64,000 nucleotides of DNA from Scyliorhinus canicula (GCF_902713615.1 NW_024055458.1:1-64000); one strand, 5' to 3'; positions 19,510 through 31,921 are shown, numbered from the stretch's first letter. Notes: generated by a model from the letters alone, not told the origin. A program made the numbers and translations.

Positions 19510-21258
19510 TCAGTTCGTCTCGTCCACATTGGTGGGTCCTGACTGTACTGCTACATTGTGGATGGGTTTTGCCTTACTGCGGTTCAGAGTGCCTGTCTGC
19601 TGGCCTCTCTGAGATCGCTGGGGTGCATTGCATTCTTTTGCCCAATGCCCTAACTGTCCACAGTTATAGCATTCCTGGCCTTTCTGTTGTGGGCTGCTCT
19701 TCCCTTCATTTACCCATGCGGGTTTCTGATGCTCTCTCACTGCCTGAATATCTGCTGCAGCCTGAGCCTCTTCTGGGGATTGAACCTTACTCTTTGCCTG
19801 AATTGATTGCTCCCAAGCGCGGGACAACCTTTTCAGGACCCATTTCTCATTATGGGCCTCTTCTGAGGGGTCATAATTGTTGCAAGCGCTCTGCCCTGCC
19901 TCTGTTGCGTGTGAGATTAGGGTGCGCGTCCATTTGACCATATTTTCCCGGTTCAAATGCGCTCTATTTAACTCGCCGAAAACTGCGTTGAAATGAATCC
20001 ACAGCCTTCCTGCGAATGCTGTGGGGTGTTCGGATCTTTTCTGCCGGCACTTATTAAGTCCTTCTACGGGGTCACCTCGATTATACCCTATGGCATCTAA
20101 AATGGAGGTGTGCATCTCTTCTAGGGTGCCTCCGGCAACGTTCTGTGGGTCGGGGAGGGCTGCTACTACTGATTGGTCTAAGCTCAGAACTGTGAGCTTA
20201 ACCTGCTCTCTCTCATCCAGGCCGTACATGGTAGCCTGCTGTTTTACTTTAGCGAAGAACTGGTGGGGGTCTGCGGTGGGGAGGAACGGAGTGATCTTCT
20301 CACATGCGTCCCTGAGCTGGGTTACAGTTAAGGGGGTGGTGTAGGTTATATCTGGTGCGCCTTCTGTTATAGCTTTTCTCTGCGTGGTTACGGGGTTCAT
20401 GGGTGCGGATATGATCTGATCTGTGGGGGGTGGGGGTGCCTGCCTTTTCTGTTGCGCGGCTGGCGCACATGTTCCCTGAACATATCGCTGCGCTGTTTCC
20501 CTTAATTCTTGCCAATCTGGGGCATTTTCTCCATCTAACTGGGTTCCAAAGGTGCTTTGGAACCCGTTTTGCACCGAAAGCAGCGATTGCAGCTCTGCAA
20601 TCTGTTTCCTGCATTTCGCGTGATCCACAGTACTTTGCCTTTGCTCTGTGGTTGCAGCATGGAGTGCTCTCAAAGCTGCTTTGAGATCAGAGCATTGCCT
20701 CTGCAACGCCTCCACCTGCTTGTCTGATTCCTCTCTTATCAGAACGGCACTTTGCACGTCCTGATAAGCCTTTTCGTACTGGGTCTGGGAACTGCTGAGA
20801 TGGGCTAGACAAGACTGATGTGCCCTCTTGGCATCATCCACCTCTCTACCTTTCTCTATCAACTTCCCTCTTAGATCCAGATTCTCTTTCTCAATGTCCC
20901 TGACATCGACCTTACTCATGCGGTTCCTTTCCTCTAATTCTGCCCGGAGCGTCCTGACGACCTCCTCTGTGCCTCGCAATTGTGCCAAACAGGACACAAT
21001 CGCCATCGGCTTACGTGCTTTACTGAGGGTCTTTTTGTGAATTTGAGAGAGGTTCTCCCACCAAGTATGTCCTATACTTCCGGGACCTGTCTCCTCATTC
21101 AAACAAAACTCTTTCCAAAGGGGCCATCCCTTTCCTTGTAAATATTTGCGGAGTTCCAGCTCCCACGTGGGACACTGGCCTACCCTGCTACTGCTGCTGG
21201 TCGCTGCGACCACAAACTTTTCTGGATCCATCAGACGTTCCATTGCCTGCATGGCCAT
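19510..21258 (-). CDS. gag: Gag (582 aa) with long coiled coil and one CCHC zinc knuckle
   Basis: AAAATGGCC start; CYNCGQLGHWAKEC at 19671-19630; position 5' of pro/pol. Confidence 0.92.
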   Translation of the reverse strand: MAMQAMERLMDPEKFVVAATSSSSRVGQCPTWELELRKYLQGKGWPLWKEFCLNEETGPGSIGHTWWENLSQIHKKTLSKARKPMAIVSCLAQLRGTEEVVRTLRAELEERNRMSKVDVRDIEKENLDLRGKLIEKGREVDDAKRAHQSCLAHLSSSQTQYEKAYQDVQSAVLIREESDKQVEALQRQCSDLKAALRALHAATTEQRQSTVDHAKCRKQIAELQSLLSVQNGFQSTFGTQLDGENAPDWQELRETAQRYVQGTCAPAAQQKRQAPPPPTDQIISAPMNPVTTQRKAITEGAPDITYTTPLTVTQLRDACEKITPFLPTADPHQFFAKVKQQATMYGLDEREQVKLTVLSLDQSVVAALPDPQNVAGGTLEEMHTSILDAIGYNRGDPVEGLNKCRQKRSEHPTAFAGRLWIHFNAVFGELNRAHLNRENMVKWTRTLISHATEAGQSACNNYDPSEEAHNEKWVLKRLSRAWEQSIQAKSKVQSPEEAQAAADIQAVREHQKPAWVNEGKSSPQQKGQECYNCGQLGHWAKECNAPQRSQRGQQTGTLNRSKAKPIHNVAVQSGPTNVDETN

Positions 21259-21568
21259 TTTCTCTGACTCTCTTTTAGTTAATTTGGAACAGGGGGTTGC
21301 TGGGGTTGTGTTTCAAGAAACGGGTACGGCTTACACTATGTTCCGTTCACAAAACTACCGAATGTTTGTCGCAACAAAAATGCTTTCAGTTTTACCTTAC
21401 AGCCCTGTTAGTACGCATGCACTAAAACACACTTCCGAATTACGCTTATTAGTTTGAACACCTTGAATACTCGTGATTTTCTTTACTTTCTTACTTTCTC
21501 TGTAATTTGGAGTTCTAATTCAAATTTCAGGGTCCTGGACGGTGTGGGGTTTCCACTTACAACCGTGT

Positions 21569-21586
21569 CCCGTCAGGAAGTCGCCA
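21569..21586 (-). other. Primer-binding-site-like sequence TGGCGACTTCCTGACGGG
   Basis: TGG-starting motif 5 nt after the CA end of the 5' LTR; cognate tRNA not resolved. Confidence 0.6.
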
Positions 21587-21591
21587 CTAAA

Positions 21592-22536
21592 TGTTGCACG
21601 TTTTGCTATGGGCGTAAAACGCGTTTATTGGGGTGTATTAACTTCCAAGTGCTTAACACCACTAGGCTCTGTCTTATGTATTTATTCAGCTTTAGGAGTC
21701 GCCAGTTGCCGTATAGACAACGTCACTAGTATTCCAAGGTCAAGTTCAAAGTAATAAAGACGATACACCGATTAGTAAGGTCCAAACGATAATATTTATT
21801 ATACAGTTATAATAAATATTCATGCACACACTAAGAGACTAAGCTATGACTAAACTAAAGTAATCAGAATACTTATCTAACAGGAACAGGCAAGGTCAGG
21901 GAGCGAGTCCTTCGTCCTGGTCTTGGGCTGCAACCTTCAGCAAGCGTTCTGGTCACTGGGGGTTCTAGCGGGCTTAGTTCGCGTAGCGAGCGTCGTACTG
22001 GCACTTACGGTTCGGCCGCTGGTGCTCGACGGCTGGAGTCAGAGTGGATCTTCAAGTTCTTGGTCAGGGCCGGAGCACGGAATAACAGACCGGACAACAC
22101 GAGGTCCCTATCTTTTATAGGGGTTCCATTGTCCTTCCCTCTTCTCGGGCGGGCTCTACCTATTGGATCAATTTCTTATCGATACTGGATTAATTCCCCA
22201 ATGCGAGGGGGTCTCCGTGATGGAGGGGGCGTTTCTTATGCCCTTTTGTTTGGAGGTTTCTGGTGCCTCGATGTCTGGGCCTTGATTAGAATGTGTCCAT
22301 TCAGAACCAAATGTATCTATTGTGTGGGTGTTCAAGTCTGATCGGCTCATTAGCATGCAAAGCGTTTTGCCATTTGCACCTAGTTAAGGTCTTCTCACCT
22401 GAGCCCAAACTGGTTTCTGCTGCTGCAGAATGCAAACTGCTCTTTGCAGACTGCTGTTCTGGCTAAACTGTCTGTTTCCCAGCAGTCTTAGCGCTTGACC
22501 TATTTTGTAGCTCAGCATCCATTTTAGGTGGCTACA
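21592..22536 (-). repeat. 5' LTR
   Basis: 945 bp, about 6 substitutions relative to the 3' LTR; TATAAAA at 22119-22113. Confidence 0.97.
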
Positions 22537-22540
22537 AAGC

Positions 22541-22990
22541 AACACGTGAGATCTCGACGCCATCAAGGGCAAAGCAGCCGGCTGGACGAACACCCCACCC
22601 ACCAATTTAAACATTCACTCCCTGCATCACGGGTGCACAATTCTAGTAGATTGAAAGACGAGCAAGGATCTAATGCAGCAACTGCCTCCTTCTATAGCAC
22701 CTTCCAACACAGCAACTCAGCCGCCTAAAAGGACCAGGCCCGGCAGATGCATTGTAACAGCAGGACCTGCAAGTTACCCACCAGGCCTCACACCACCTTG
22801 ATGGGAACTATGTCTCTGTTCCTTCACTGTCACTGGTCAAAATCCTGGAACTCCCTTCCTGTCTGCTCTGTGGGTGTACGTACTCAGTATGGAGTGCAAT
22901 GGTTCAATAAGAGGGCTCAGCACCACATTCTCAAGGGAAATGAGGAATTGACAGCAAATGTTGACGTTACTGGCGACTCCAAGATCCCAT
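22541..22990 (+). mobile_element. Old CR1/L2-group LINE, right part
   Basis: Continues the 11660-12628 homology (GACGCCATCAAGGGCAAAGCAGCC...TAAACATTCACTCCCT). Confidence 0.75.
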
Positions 22991-23534
22991 TAAATCATTT
23001 CAAACATATCATTTCTCTGCTTACATTCACCTAGCCCCCGCCTCTGTTTACATTACACTCGGCCATGACTCGAACACATTACAGCAGGTCCTGCCTCAGT
23101 TTTCCTGCACTCGGCTGAATATCAGTTGTTAATATACGGGGCCCACACCCTGTTTATATTACAAATCCGTAATTATGACTGACCCATGTCTCGGTTAGTC
23201 TGGCAAGAAACACGTCACAATGGTTACAGCATCAGAACGTTTATCTGTGCACCGTAACTGGAACAACATTCTGTTTGCATCACAAGTTGTTCGGTCTCAG
23301 TTATTACGCGACTAGATAGTTAAATTCCAATAAACTCAATCCTGCTTTAGTTAATGCTGCACAAGTCCATACCCCTGTTTATATAATACTAGACCCTGCC
23401 TCTGTTATTCTGGTATTTTACGATATCCCTCTTATTGCTGCATTGATCATGTCTCGATTTGTATCAGACCACACTCCCCTCAACCAGAACGCAGATTATA
23501 TTGCACTAGACCCAATCTCTGCTTATGCCATCGG

Positions 23535-23835
23535 CGGCATGGTGGCACAGTGGGTAGCACTGCTGCCTCATAGCGCCGGGGTTCAATTCCTGACTATCTG
23601 TGTGGAGTTTTTACTTTTCCCCTGTGTCTGCGTGGCTTTCCTCCGTGTGCTCCGGTTTCCTCCCATAGTCCAAATATGTGCAGGTTAGGTGGATTGACCA
23701 TTCGAAATTGCACCTCAGTGTCCAAGGATGCACAGGTCATGGTGCAAGGGCGGGGGATTGAGGAGGGTTATATTTCAGAGGTTGGTGCAGATCCTATGGG
23801 CCGAGCGGCCTTCTGCCTTGTAGGGATTCTATATT
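23535..23835 (+). mobile_element. HE1/V-SINE-like SINE
   Basis: A/B-box-like GGTGGCACAGTGG...GGTTCAATTCC plus the SINE core. Confidence 0.8.
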
Positions 23836-25079
23836 TGATCCTGAATCTGCCTACTTTTTCCGAGACCTGCTCACTTTTATTAATCCACTGGATGATGCCT
23901 CTGCTTTTAACTGTGGGCGCATTATTCCACATGTCTTTGAGATGGAAAGATAATATGATACATATTTTGGACAAGAAATCAGTATATGGCAATAACCTGC
24001 AACGGATGTCCAGTGTGTACAGTGTATGCTATGCAGCATTTGATATTCATTTTCAGTGCAGTCAGCAGAATTAGATTTCAGTTATCATTTCTTCTTTGCC
24101 GGTACCCAAGACCAATTCCTACCCCAGAGAGCTGTATGTGTAGGAGGATGCAGAGTATTGTGTTCCCATGTGTTTGTTGCCCTTGTGATTCTCGGAGGTC
24201 TCGGGTATGGAAGATGCTGTTGAAGAAATCTTGGCGAGTTGCTGCAGTGCATCCCGTCGATGTTACACAATGCAGCTACTATGTGCCTGCTGTGAAGAGA
24301 ATTAATGTTGCTTTAACATTAGCTTCTGTCTCAGTTATTTATCTAATGGTCCTTTGTTTCTGTTACACAATTACAACTATTCCATTCCCTTAGTTTATTG
24401 CACTAGGCCCAGGCAATAGAAGTTCAGTTGTACAAGTTGAAGTGGCTGCAAGAAGATCAGGGAGATCTGCGCTTGTATGTAGGTGCGTCTAGGGCGCTGA
24501 CAAGACAGACTATGACGTGTATCTGGACATTGATCAGCATTGCTTGCTGAAGAGTTTTAGACTATCACTTTTCCCTCAGTTTTTTTTTAATCTTCACCAT
24601 TTCCAGCTAAGCTACTTTCCAAATTATTGTGCGTGGCCTTCCACAGCAATTACTGAGGCCGGGTCCAATGTAATATGAACAGAGATATGGTCCAGGGCAG
24701 AACTGAGGCTGTATCAAATGTAATACAGAGACAGGTTTAAATGAATAAAAACAGAGTCAGGTTCTAGGTTAATGTAAAGAGAGACAAACAGGGTCCATAA
24801 CATATAGGAGCAGAATTAGGCCATTCGACCCATCGTGACTGCTCCGCCATTAAACCATGGCCAATATGTTCCTAATCTTCATTCTCCTGCCTTCTCCCAA
24901 TAACTCCTGAACGCCTTATTGATCAAGACATGTCCTCTAATTGGTGGCCTAGTTTAATATGAACAAAGAGAAATAGGTCCTTATTTAATATAAACTGACA
25001 CAGGTACAAGGTAGTATAATATAAACAGATACGGACTCACGGCCTGGTACAATACAGAGCCAGGGACGACTGTCCCTTC

Positions 25080-25620
25080 AAACACTCGCAGGCCAGGTGC
25101 ATCACAGGTTGGAGACAAAGAGAAACTCCCTCACACTGTCCCCATCAAACATTCTCAGAGCAGCTGCAGACTGTTTAGATATATAATTAAATTCCCTCTA
25201 AATAACTCGCTCAAACACATTAACTGCCTGGAAACCAAGAGTTCGATACCAGGCAAAACCTCTTCTGCACTCTTCCTTCAGAGATCCCCAAGACAGGTTG
25301 ACAGTGGGGTTAGTTACTGGGTAAAGAAACCTCTGCATTTCCCCATCAAACTCACCCAGGTCAGGTCCAGCACAGTTCAGACACGGAGTAAATCTCCCTG
25401 TGCACAGTCATATCAAACACTCACAGGGCAGGTTCAGTGCAGGTTACATGCAAGTAAAGCTTGCTCTACACTGTTCAGTCAAATGCTCCAATATCCTGGC
25501 AGCTTGATTAAGTGCAAGGAAAGATTCTTCGGCCATGCCGCATCAAATCCTCAACCACCATGTGCATCCCAAATCAGATAAAAGAAGAAAATTGTCTCTA
25601 CAGTTCTCATTAAACACTCC
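25080..25620. repeat. Degenerate ~60-bp tandem repeat (…GGTTAGATACAGAGTAAAGCTCCCTCTACACTGTCCCCATCAAACACTC…-like)
   Basis: Recurrent CCCCATCAAACA and ACAGGT motifs; related tracts at about 32020-32140 and 40020-40530. Confidence 0.6.
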
Positions 25621-27121
25621 AAGGTCATTGAATGCTTCAACTTCATTTTAGCGTAAATCAGATTCGATCCATTTAGTTGGAAGCCAACGATGTGAGTTCG
25701 GGCTGAGAGACCTGGTTTAGCTTAGTGGGCTAGACAGCTGGTTAGTGATGCAGAACAAGACCAGCAGCGCAGGTTCATATTCCCGTTCCAGCTTACCTAA
25801 ACGAGGCGCCGGAATGTGGCGACTCGGAGCTTTTCACAGTAAAATTGTTATTAGTGTTGGCCACATGTCGATTAAAGACAATGACCCATCGTGGAGAGAC
25901 ATGCGATAAACCAGTTATGAGAAAGGCACAGAGAGAGATAGGATACAGGAAAATTCTACTAACTCACTTGGCATGTCCTTATATTTAGAGATTGGAGGGA
26001 ATCATTCCTAATTATGAACATGGGTAGCATAATGACATTTTTCTCATATAACCGATGAATAAAAAAATGTCGAAAAACAAACGTTTTTCAAAAAACAAAC
26101 GAATCCGTTGATCTGTTTGCAATTTTGGCTCTATTTCTGTGCTGTGTTGGTGGGGAAACATTTGTTTTGCTTTTCTCAGTCCGCAATCTAATCTGGAACT
26201 TCTATTTCTGAGTTTATTTACATAAAAACCTCACTGGTCACAATGAAATGTTCATGTCAGCAAAACGAGATAAACACAGTCACTTATTGATTAGTTTCAA
26301 CTGAAAATAGCGGTTTATTTTAAGAATATTGACAGTTGGTTAAATGAATAGAACAGATGTTACTTAATTGAAATAAAACATACTTTAAATTAAGTATTCA
26401 TTCTGAAAGTTCTGATACCTCAATTAATAATGCATCTTTAACCAGCTACATTTCCACTGAATGTTAAATTGACTGAAATATTAACCGATTTAAAGTAAAT
26501 AAATTGAAACATCAGGATTGATCTGTAGTCACATCAATCTCAGATCTTGCGAAATATTATAACTTGCATTTAAAATGTTAACATTTGGAAAGAGCTTGCT
26601 TTTGTAAAACGCTTTACCCGACCTCAGGTCACCCCAACGCCCTTAAAACTCACTGATATATTTTTGCTGAATTTAGTCTCTGCTCTAATGTTGGAAACAG
26701 AGCAGGGAATTTGTGCACAGCAAGCTCCCACAAACTGAGATGTGATAAGTGACCAGCTAATCTGTGATTTTAGATGAAGAACGGACATTGGTCCAAGATA
26801 CAGGGAAAAACAGCTCTGCTCTTTAGAATTATAACAATGAGGTAATCCACCTGAAATGTGAATCTGTTTCTCTCTCTGCTGATGCTCACTGACCTGCTGA
26901 GCAGCCTTTTTTGTTGGTTTTGTTTTAGATTTCCAGAACCTGCAGCACTTTGCACAGCTTTGGATTCATTCCCGCCACATAGCCATCAGTGACAAAGTCA
27001 GCATTAACTGTCCATCGGGATGGACAAGTGAACCACCTGTTTAATAAGGTGCACTTCGAGCGATTTTATTGACATTTGACTTTCTGCAGCATGACTTGCT
27101 TGCTCGGCAATATCAGAGATA

Positions 27122-27322
27122 GTTCTTTTTAAATTAAAATTAATATCCAATTCATTTTTTCCAATTAAGGGGCAATTTAACGTGGCCAATCCACCTAACC
27201 TGCACATCTTTGGGTTGTGGGGGTGAAACCCACGCAGACACGGGGAGAATGGCCGGGATTCAGAAGCCGGGTCCTCAGCGCCGTAGGCAGCAATGCTAAC
27301 CACTGTGCCACCGTGCCGCCCT
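27122..27322 (-). mobile_element. Short V-SINE-like SINE with A/T-rich tail
   Basis: Reverse complement of GGGCGGCACGGTGGCACAGTGG...GGATTGGCCACGTTAAATTGCCCC; similar copies at 31490-31715, 34183-34408, 35725-35895 and 50650-50855. Confidence 0.85.
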
Positions 27323-29609
27323 TATCAGAGATAGTTAACAGTCAACCTCTTCATTGCTGAACTAGAGTCACATATGGGCCAGACAGAGTAAGGAAGGAAG
27401 CTTTCTTCTCCTGAAGGACGTTGCTGAACCTGCTGGGCATTGCGAAAGTTCGATAGCTTCATAAGTATTATAAATGACACGTCGATTTTTTTTCCTGATT
27501 GATTAAGTCATTCAATTGAAAGTATCTACAGCTGCCATAAAACCATAAGATCTAGGAGCAGAAATTGGCCATTCGGCCCATGGAATCTGATCTGCCATTC
27601 AATGAGTTCGTGGCAAATCTGGTAAAATCCTCAACTCCACATTTCCACGTCATCCCCATAACCCTTGATTCCCTTACTGATGAAAAATCTGTCTGTCTGA
27701 GCCTTGAACATATTTATTGACCAGGCCAACTCTCTGTGGCAAAGAATTCTAGAGAATCACTACCCTCTGAGAGAAGAAATTCCTCCACATCCGCGTCTGA
27801 AATGAGTAGCACCTTACACTGAGATTGTGCCCTATGGTCCTAGACCCTCCCACAAGCCGAAACAACCTTTAACATCTACACTGTCAAGTGCCCTGAAAAC
27901 TATAAATCTCAGTAACTTCGCATCTCATTCTTCTAAACTCCAATGCGTGTAGTCCTAACCTACTTAGGCTCTCCTCATGTCAGTCTCTGTGGTGCAATTG
28001 GTCAGCGTGTTTGGCTGTTTACCGAAAGGTCTGTGATTCAAGGCCGGATTCTTCTTTATTTGCTGACAGAGTACTGATTGGCCGAAGAGCCTCTGTCTGT
28101 GCTGTGAAATGCTACCTACCTTTGAAAATCCCTCCATACTCGGGAATAACCTAAAAAGCCTTCTCAGGATTGCCCCCAAATATCTATCCTTACATAAGGA
28201 GACCAAAACCGTTCACAGCATTGCAATCTGCCCTGGTGGAATTTGAACTCCTGTGTCTGGAGTGTTCAGGCCTCCAGGTTACCAGTTTTGTAATAATCTT
28301 GCGAAACTACCCCTAAGACTGAAACAATCGCATCTCAACGATGGAACAACTGAACATAACACGCTCCTCCTGCATTGGATCACAGGTCTGGATCATGGGC
28401 TCAGGTATCTGTTGTGGGAGGTGATATGGATTCCACTGAGACAAGACTGCTAACCTATCATGGTTTGTATTTTGACATTCTGACATATTGCTCAGTGTAT
28501 CTAAAGTTCAAACTCTGGGTCCAGTCTTACTTGGGTCAATTTAATTTTCAGAGGCTGGTCTTTTATTCGTCTTGGTCTTATTCGGACACAATGGTAATGG
28601 TGAATGGGAATTCCACTGGATCCGTATAAAATATCAGTTACTCCAAAAATAGCATCTAAATGCAAGCAAGGCAGAAACATATGTACAACCTGATCTTCTC
28701 ACTGCATCAGCTGCACGGTTAGAGCGGTTGGAAGCTGGGATTGTTTTCCTTATAACCCAGCAGGTTATGGGAAGGCCTGGTGAAAATGGTCAAAATCGGA
28801 ATGGTTTTGTTTGATTAGTTAGGAAGAAACTTAATTCACTGGAAGAAGGGTCAGAAAACAGAGAACACTGATTAATGAGATATTAATTCATTTTCCGCTC
28901 TGATTATAAACCGATCAAATTGCAACAGGACTAGACAGGGTGGATGCAGAAAGGATGGTCCCGATGGCTGGCAAAGCTAGAACAAGGTGTCACAGTCTAA
29001 GGATACGGGGTCAACCATTTAGGACTGAGATGAGGAGCAATGTCTTCACCCTGAGATTTGTGAATCTGTGAATTCTATACAACAGAACGAAGTTGAGTCC
29101 AAAGTATTCTATGTTTTCAAGAAGGCGTTAGATAAAGCTCTTGGGGATCAAAGCTATAAAGGGACCAAATGACAGGGGGGAAAGTGGAAATAGGTTACTG
29201 ATGTGGATGACCAACCATGATCAGAATGAATAGCGGAGCAGGGACAGAATGGTTTACTCCTGCTCTATTTTCTATGTCACTGTATTACGTCAAATCTGTT
29301 TCTTCTCAAGTTGAATGAGACTCTGCCTTTATTATATTAAAGTAAATCCTGTCCCTGTCTATACTACACTGTCCACTCAATTATATTACACCTAAACCAT
29401 GGCATATATATTAATTACATTAAGTTCCACCTCTTTATATCTTCCACTGGAATGGTGTCTCTTTAACATACACACCAGGGCCTGTCTCGGTTAATATTAT
29501 ACCGAACCATGTTCCTGTTGTCTGTCGCGATATTATAGAATTATTTTATATATTTGCTTGTTGTCATGACTCGTGGTGTTCCGCCGGGACGCAGTGGTGG
29601 GACCTTGAT

Positions 29610-30382
29610 CTTGGTAGTATATATAATTACTTGACAGGAAACATGTAAGCTGATCTGATTAGTAAGTTGACGGGAGGGCGACACAAAGGTTGGTAGGGCG
29701 AAAGAGAAAATGTTGGAAAATCTCAGCAGGTCTGGCAGCATCTGTAGGGAGAGAAAAGTGCTGACGTTTCGAGTCCAATGACTCTCTCGCACACAAAGGT
29801 TGGTGGAATTGCAGATAGCGATGAGGACTGTCAGAGGACATAGCAGGATTTAGATCGTTTGGAGACTTGGGTGGAGAGATGGCAGATGGAGTTTAATCCG
29901 GACAAATGTGAGGTCATGCATTATGAAAGGTTTAATACAGGTGGAAAATATACAGTGAATGGTAGAACCCTCAAGAGTATTGACAGTCAGAGAGACCTAG
30001 GTGTACACGTCCACAGGTCACTGAAAGGGGCAATATTGGTGGAGAAGGCAGTCAAGAAGGCATACGGCATGCTTGCCTTCATTGGTCGGAGAATAGTGCT
30101 TAAAAATTGGCAAGTCATGTTGCAGATGTATAGAACCTTAGTTAGGCCACACTTGGAGTATAGTGTTCAATTCTGGTCGCCACACTACCAGAAGGATGTG
30201 GAGGCGTTTGAGAGTGTGCAGAAGAGGTTTACCGGAATGTTGCCTGGTATGGAGGGCATTAGCTACGAGAAGAGGTTGAATAAACTTGGTTTGTTCTCAC
30301 TGGAACGACGGAGGTTGAGCGGCTACCTGATAGAGGTCTACAAAATTATGAGGAGCATAGGCAGAGTGGATCGTCAGAACCT
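29610..30382 (+). mobile_element. CR1 LINE fragment carrying a 96-bp insertion
   Basis: ORF 29859-30401 has WQMEFNPDKCEVMH, RDLGV and LVRPHLEYSVQFWSPHYQKDV. Confidence 0.9.
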
Positions 30383-31741
30383 GATGCACTGGCAGTGTTA
30401 GACAGAACCGTGTCTCACAGTATCACCAGATTGGCACCCACAGGATAAATGTCTGGACAATCATAGAGCTCCCATCTGGTTAAGGAGAGCAATTGAAATC
30501 ACTGCAAAAACGTATTGACCGTTCGTGTCGGTGTGGAAAAAACATTGTTCAAAATGTTTGCAACTGTAATCAATCAAGACGTAATGCTATCTTCGGAATT
30601 AATTGTTTCACTTTGCCATGTCTTCATGCGTCTCGGCCCTAAGCTCTGGTACGCATTCCACACTCCTCTTTACCTCAATTCCCTTCATAAAAATCATCCC
30701 ATATAACTTGCCTCATCGACCAAGCTTTCAATCATCTGACCTAATAACTCTTTAGACATATATTAATCCAGACCCTGCAGCAGGAATGACCGAAATAGAC
30801 CCTACCTCAGTTTAGACTATTCCAGACTCTGAATCAATGGTCACTGCTCGACATCCTATATCATTTAAGGTGAATCAAACTTTGTATCAGTAATTTCCGC
30901 ACTAGAACCTGTCTCCGTTTATGTTAGTGTGGACTCTGTATCAGTAATCACTGCACTAGATCCAATCTCAGTGGCACTGTTGCTTCACAGCGCCGTGGTC
31001 CCAGGTTTGATTCCTGACTTGGGTCACTGTGCGGAGTCTGCACGTTCTCCCTGTGTTCTGTGTGGGTTTCCTCCTGGTGTTATGGTTTCCTCCCACGTGC
31101 CCCGAATGACGTGCTGTTAGGTAACTTTGACTTTCTGAGTTCTCCCTCTGTGTACCCGAACAGGCGCCTGAATCCTGCGACGAGTAGCTTTTGACAGTAG
31201 CTTAATTGCAGTGTTAATGTAAGCCTACTTGTGGCAATAAAGGTTTTTGGATTAGTTTAGGTTAATCTCCACCCTGTATGAGTGATAATCGTTTTAGACC
31301 TTGTCATAGAGCCATGGAGTCTTAGAGGTTTACAATACAGAATGACGCCCTTCCATCCATCGTATCGGCGATGGCAATCAAGCACCTATCTATTCTAAGA
31401 TCGTCCACAGATGGTCTTCGTACCATAAAACCATAAGACACATGAGCAGAACTAGACCATTAGGCCCATCGAGTGTGCTCCTCATTCAATCATTTTTAAA
31501 AATAAATTTAGAGTCAGCAATTCATTTTTTCCAATGAAGGGGCAACTTAGTGTGGCCAATCCACCTACCCTGCACATCTTTTGGGTTGTGGCGGCGAAAC
31601 CCGCGCAAACACGGGGAGAATGTGCAAACTCCACACGGACAGTGACCCAGGGACAGGATCGACCTCGGCACTGTGAGGCAGCTATGCTAGCCACTGCGCC
31701 ACTGCGCTGCCCCTCCTTATTCAATCATGACTGTTATTGAA

Positions 31742-31921
31742 ATTGAAAAATTGAAAATCGCTTATTGTCACGAGTCGGATTCAATGAAGTTACTGTGAAA
31801 AGCCCCTAGTCGCCACATTCCGGCGCCTGTCCGGGGAGGCTGGTACGGGAATCGAACCGTGCTGCTGGCCTGCTTGGTCTGCTTTAAAAGCGATTTAGCC
31901 GAGTGAGCTAAACCAGCCCCT
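31742..31921 (-). mobile_element. Second tRNA-derived SINE family with (ATTTC)n-type tail
   Basis: Reverse complement of GGGCTGGTTTAGCTCAC...GGTTCGATTCCCGTACC...GTGACAATAAGCGATTTTCA; plus-strand copies at 55078-55275 and 62336-62504. Confidence 0.85.

Larger units (their letters stand above)
12633..22536 (-). mobile_element. Full-length young retrovirus-like LTR element (gag-pro-pol plus small membrane-protein ORF)
   Basis: Two 945-bp LTRs (TGTAGCC...GTGCAACA), 4-bp TSD AAGC at 12629-12632 and 22537-22540, PBS-like TGGCGAC and PPT AAGGAGGGAA, with long ORFs between. Confidence 0.97.
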
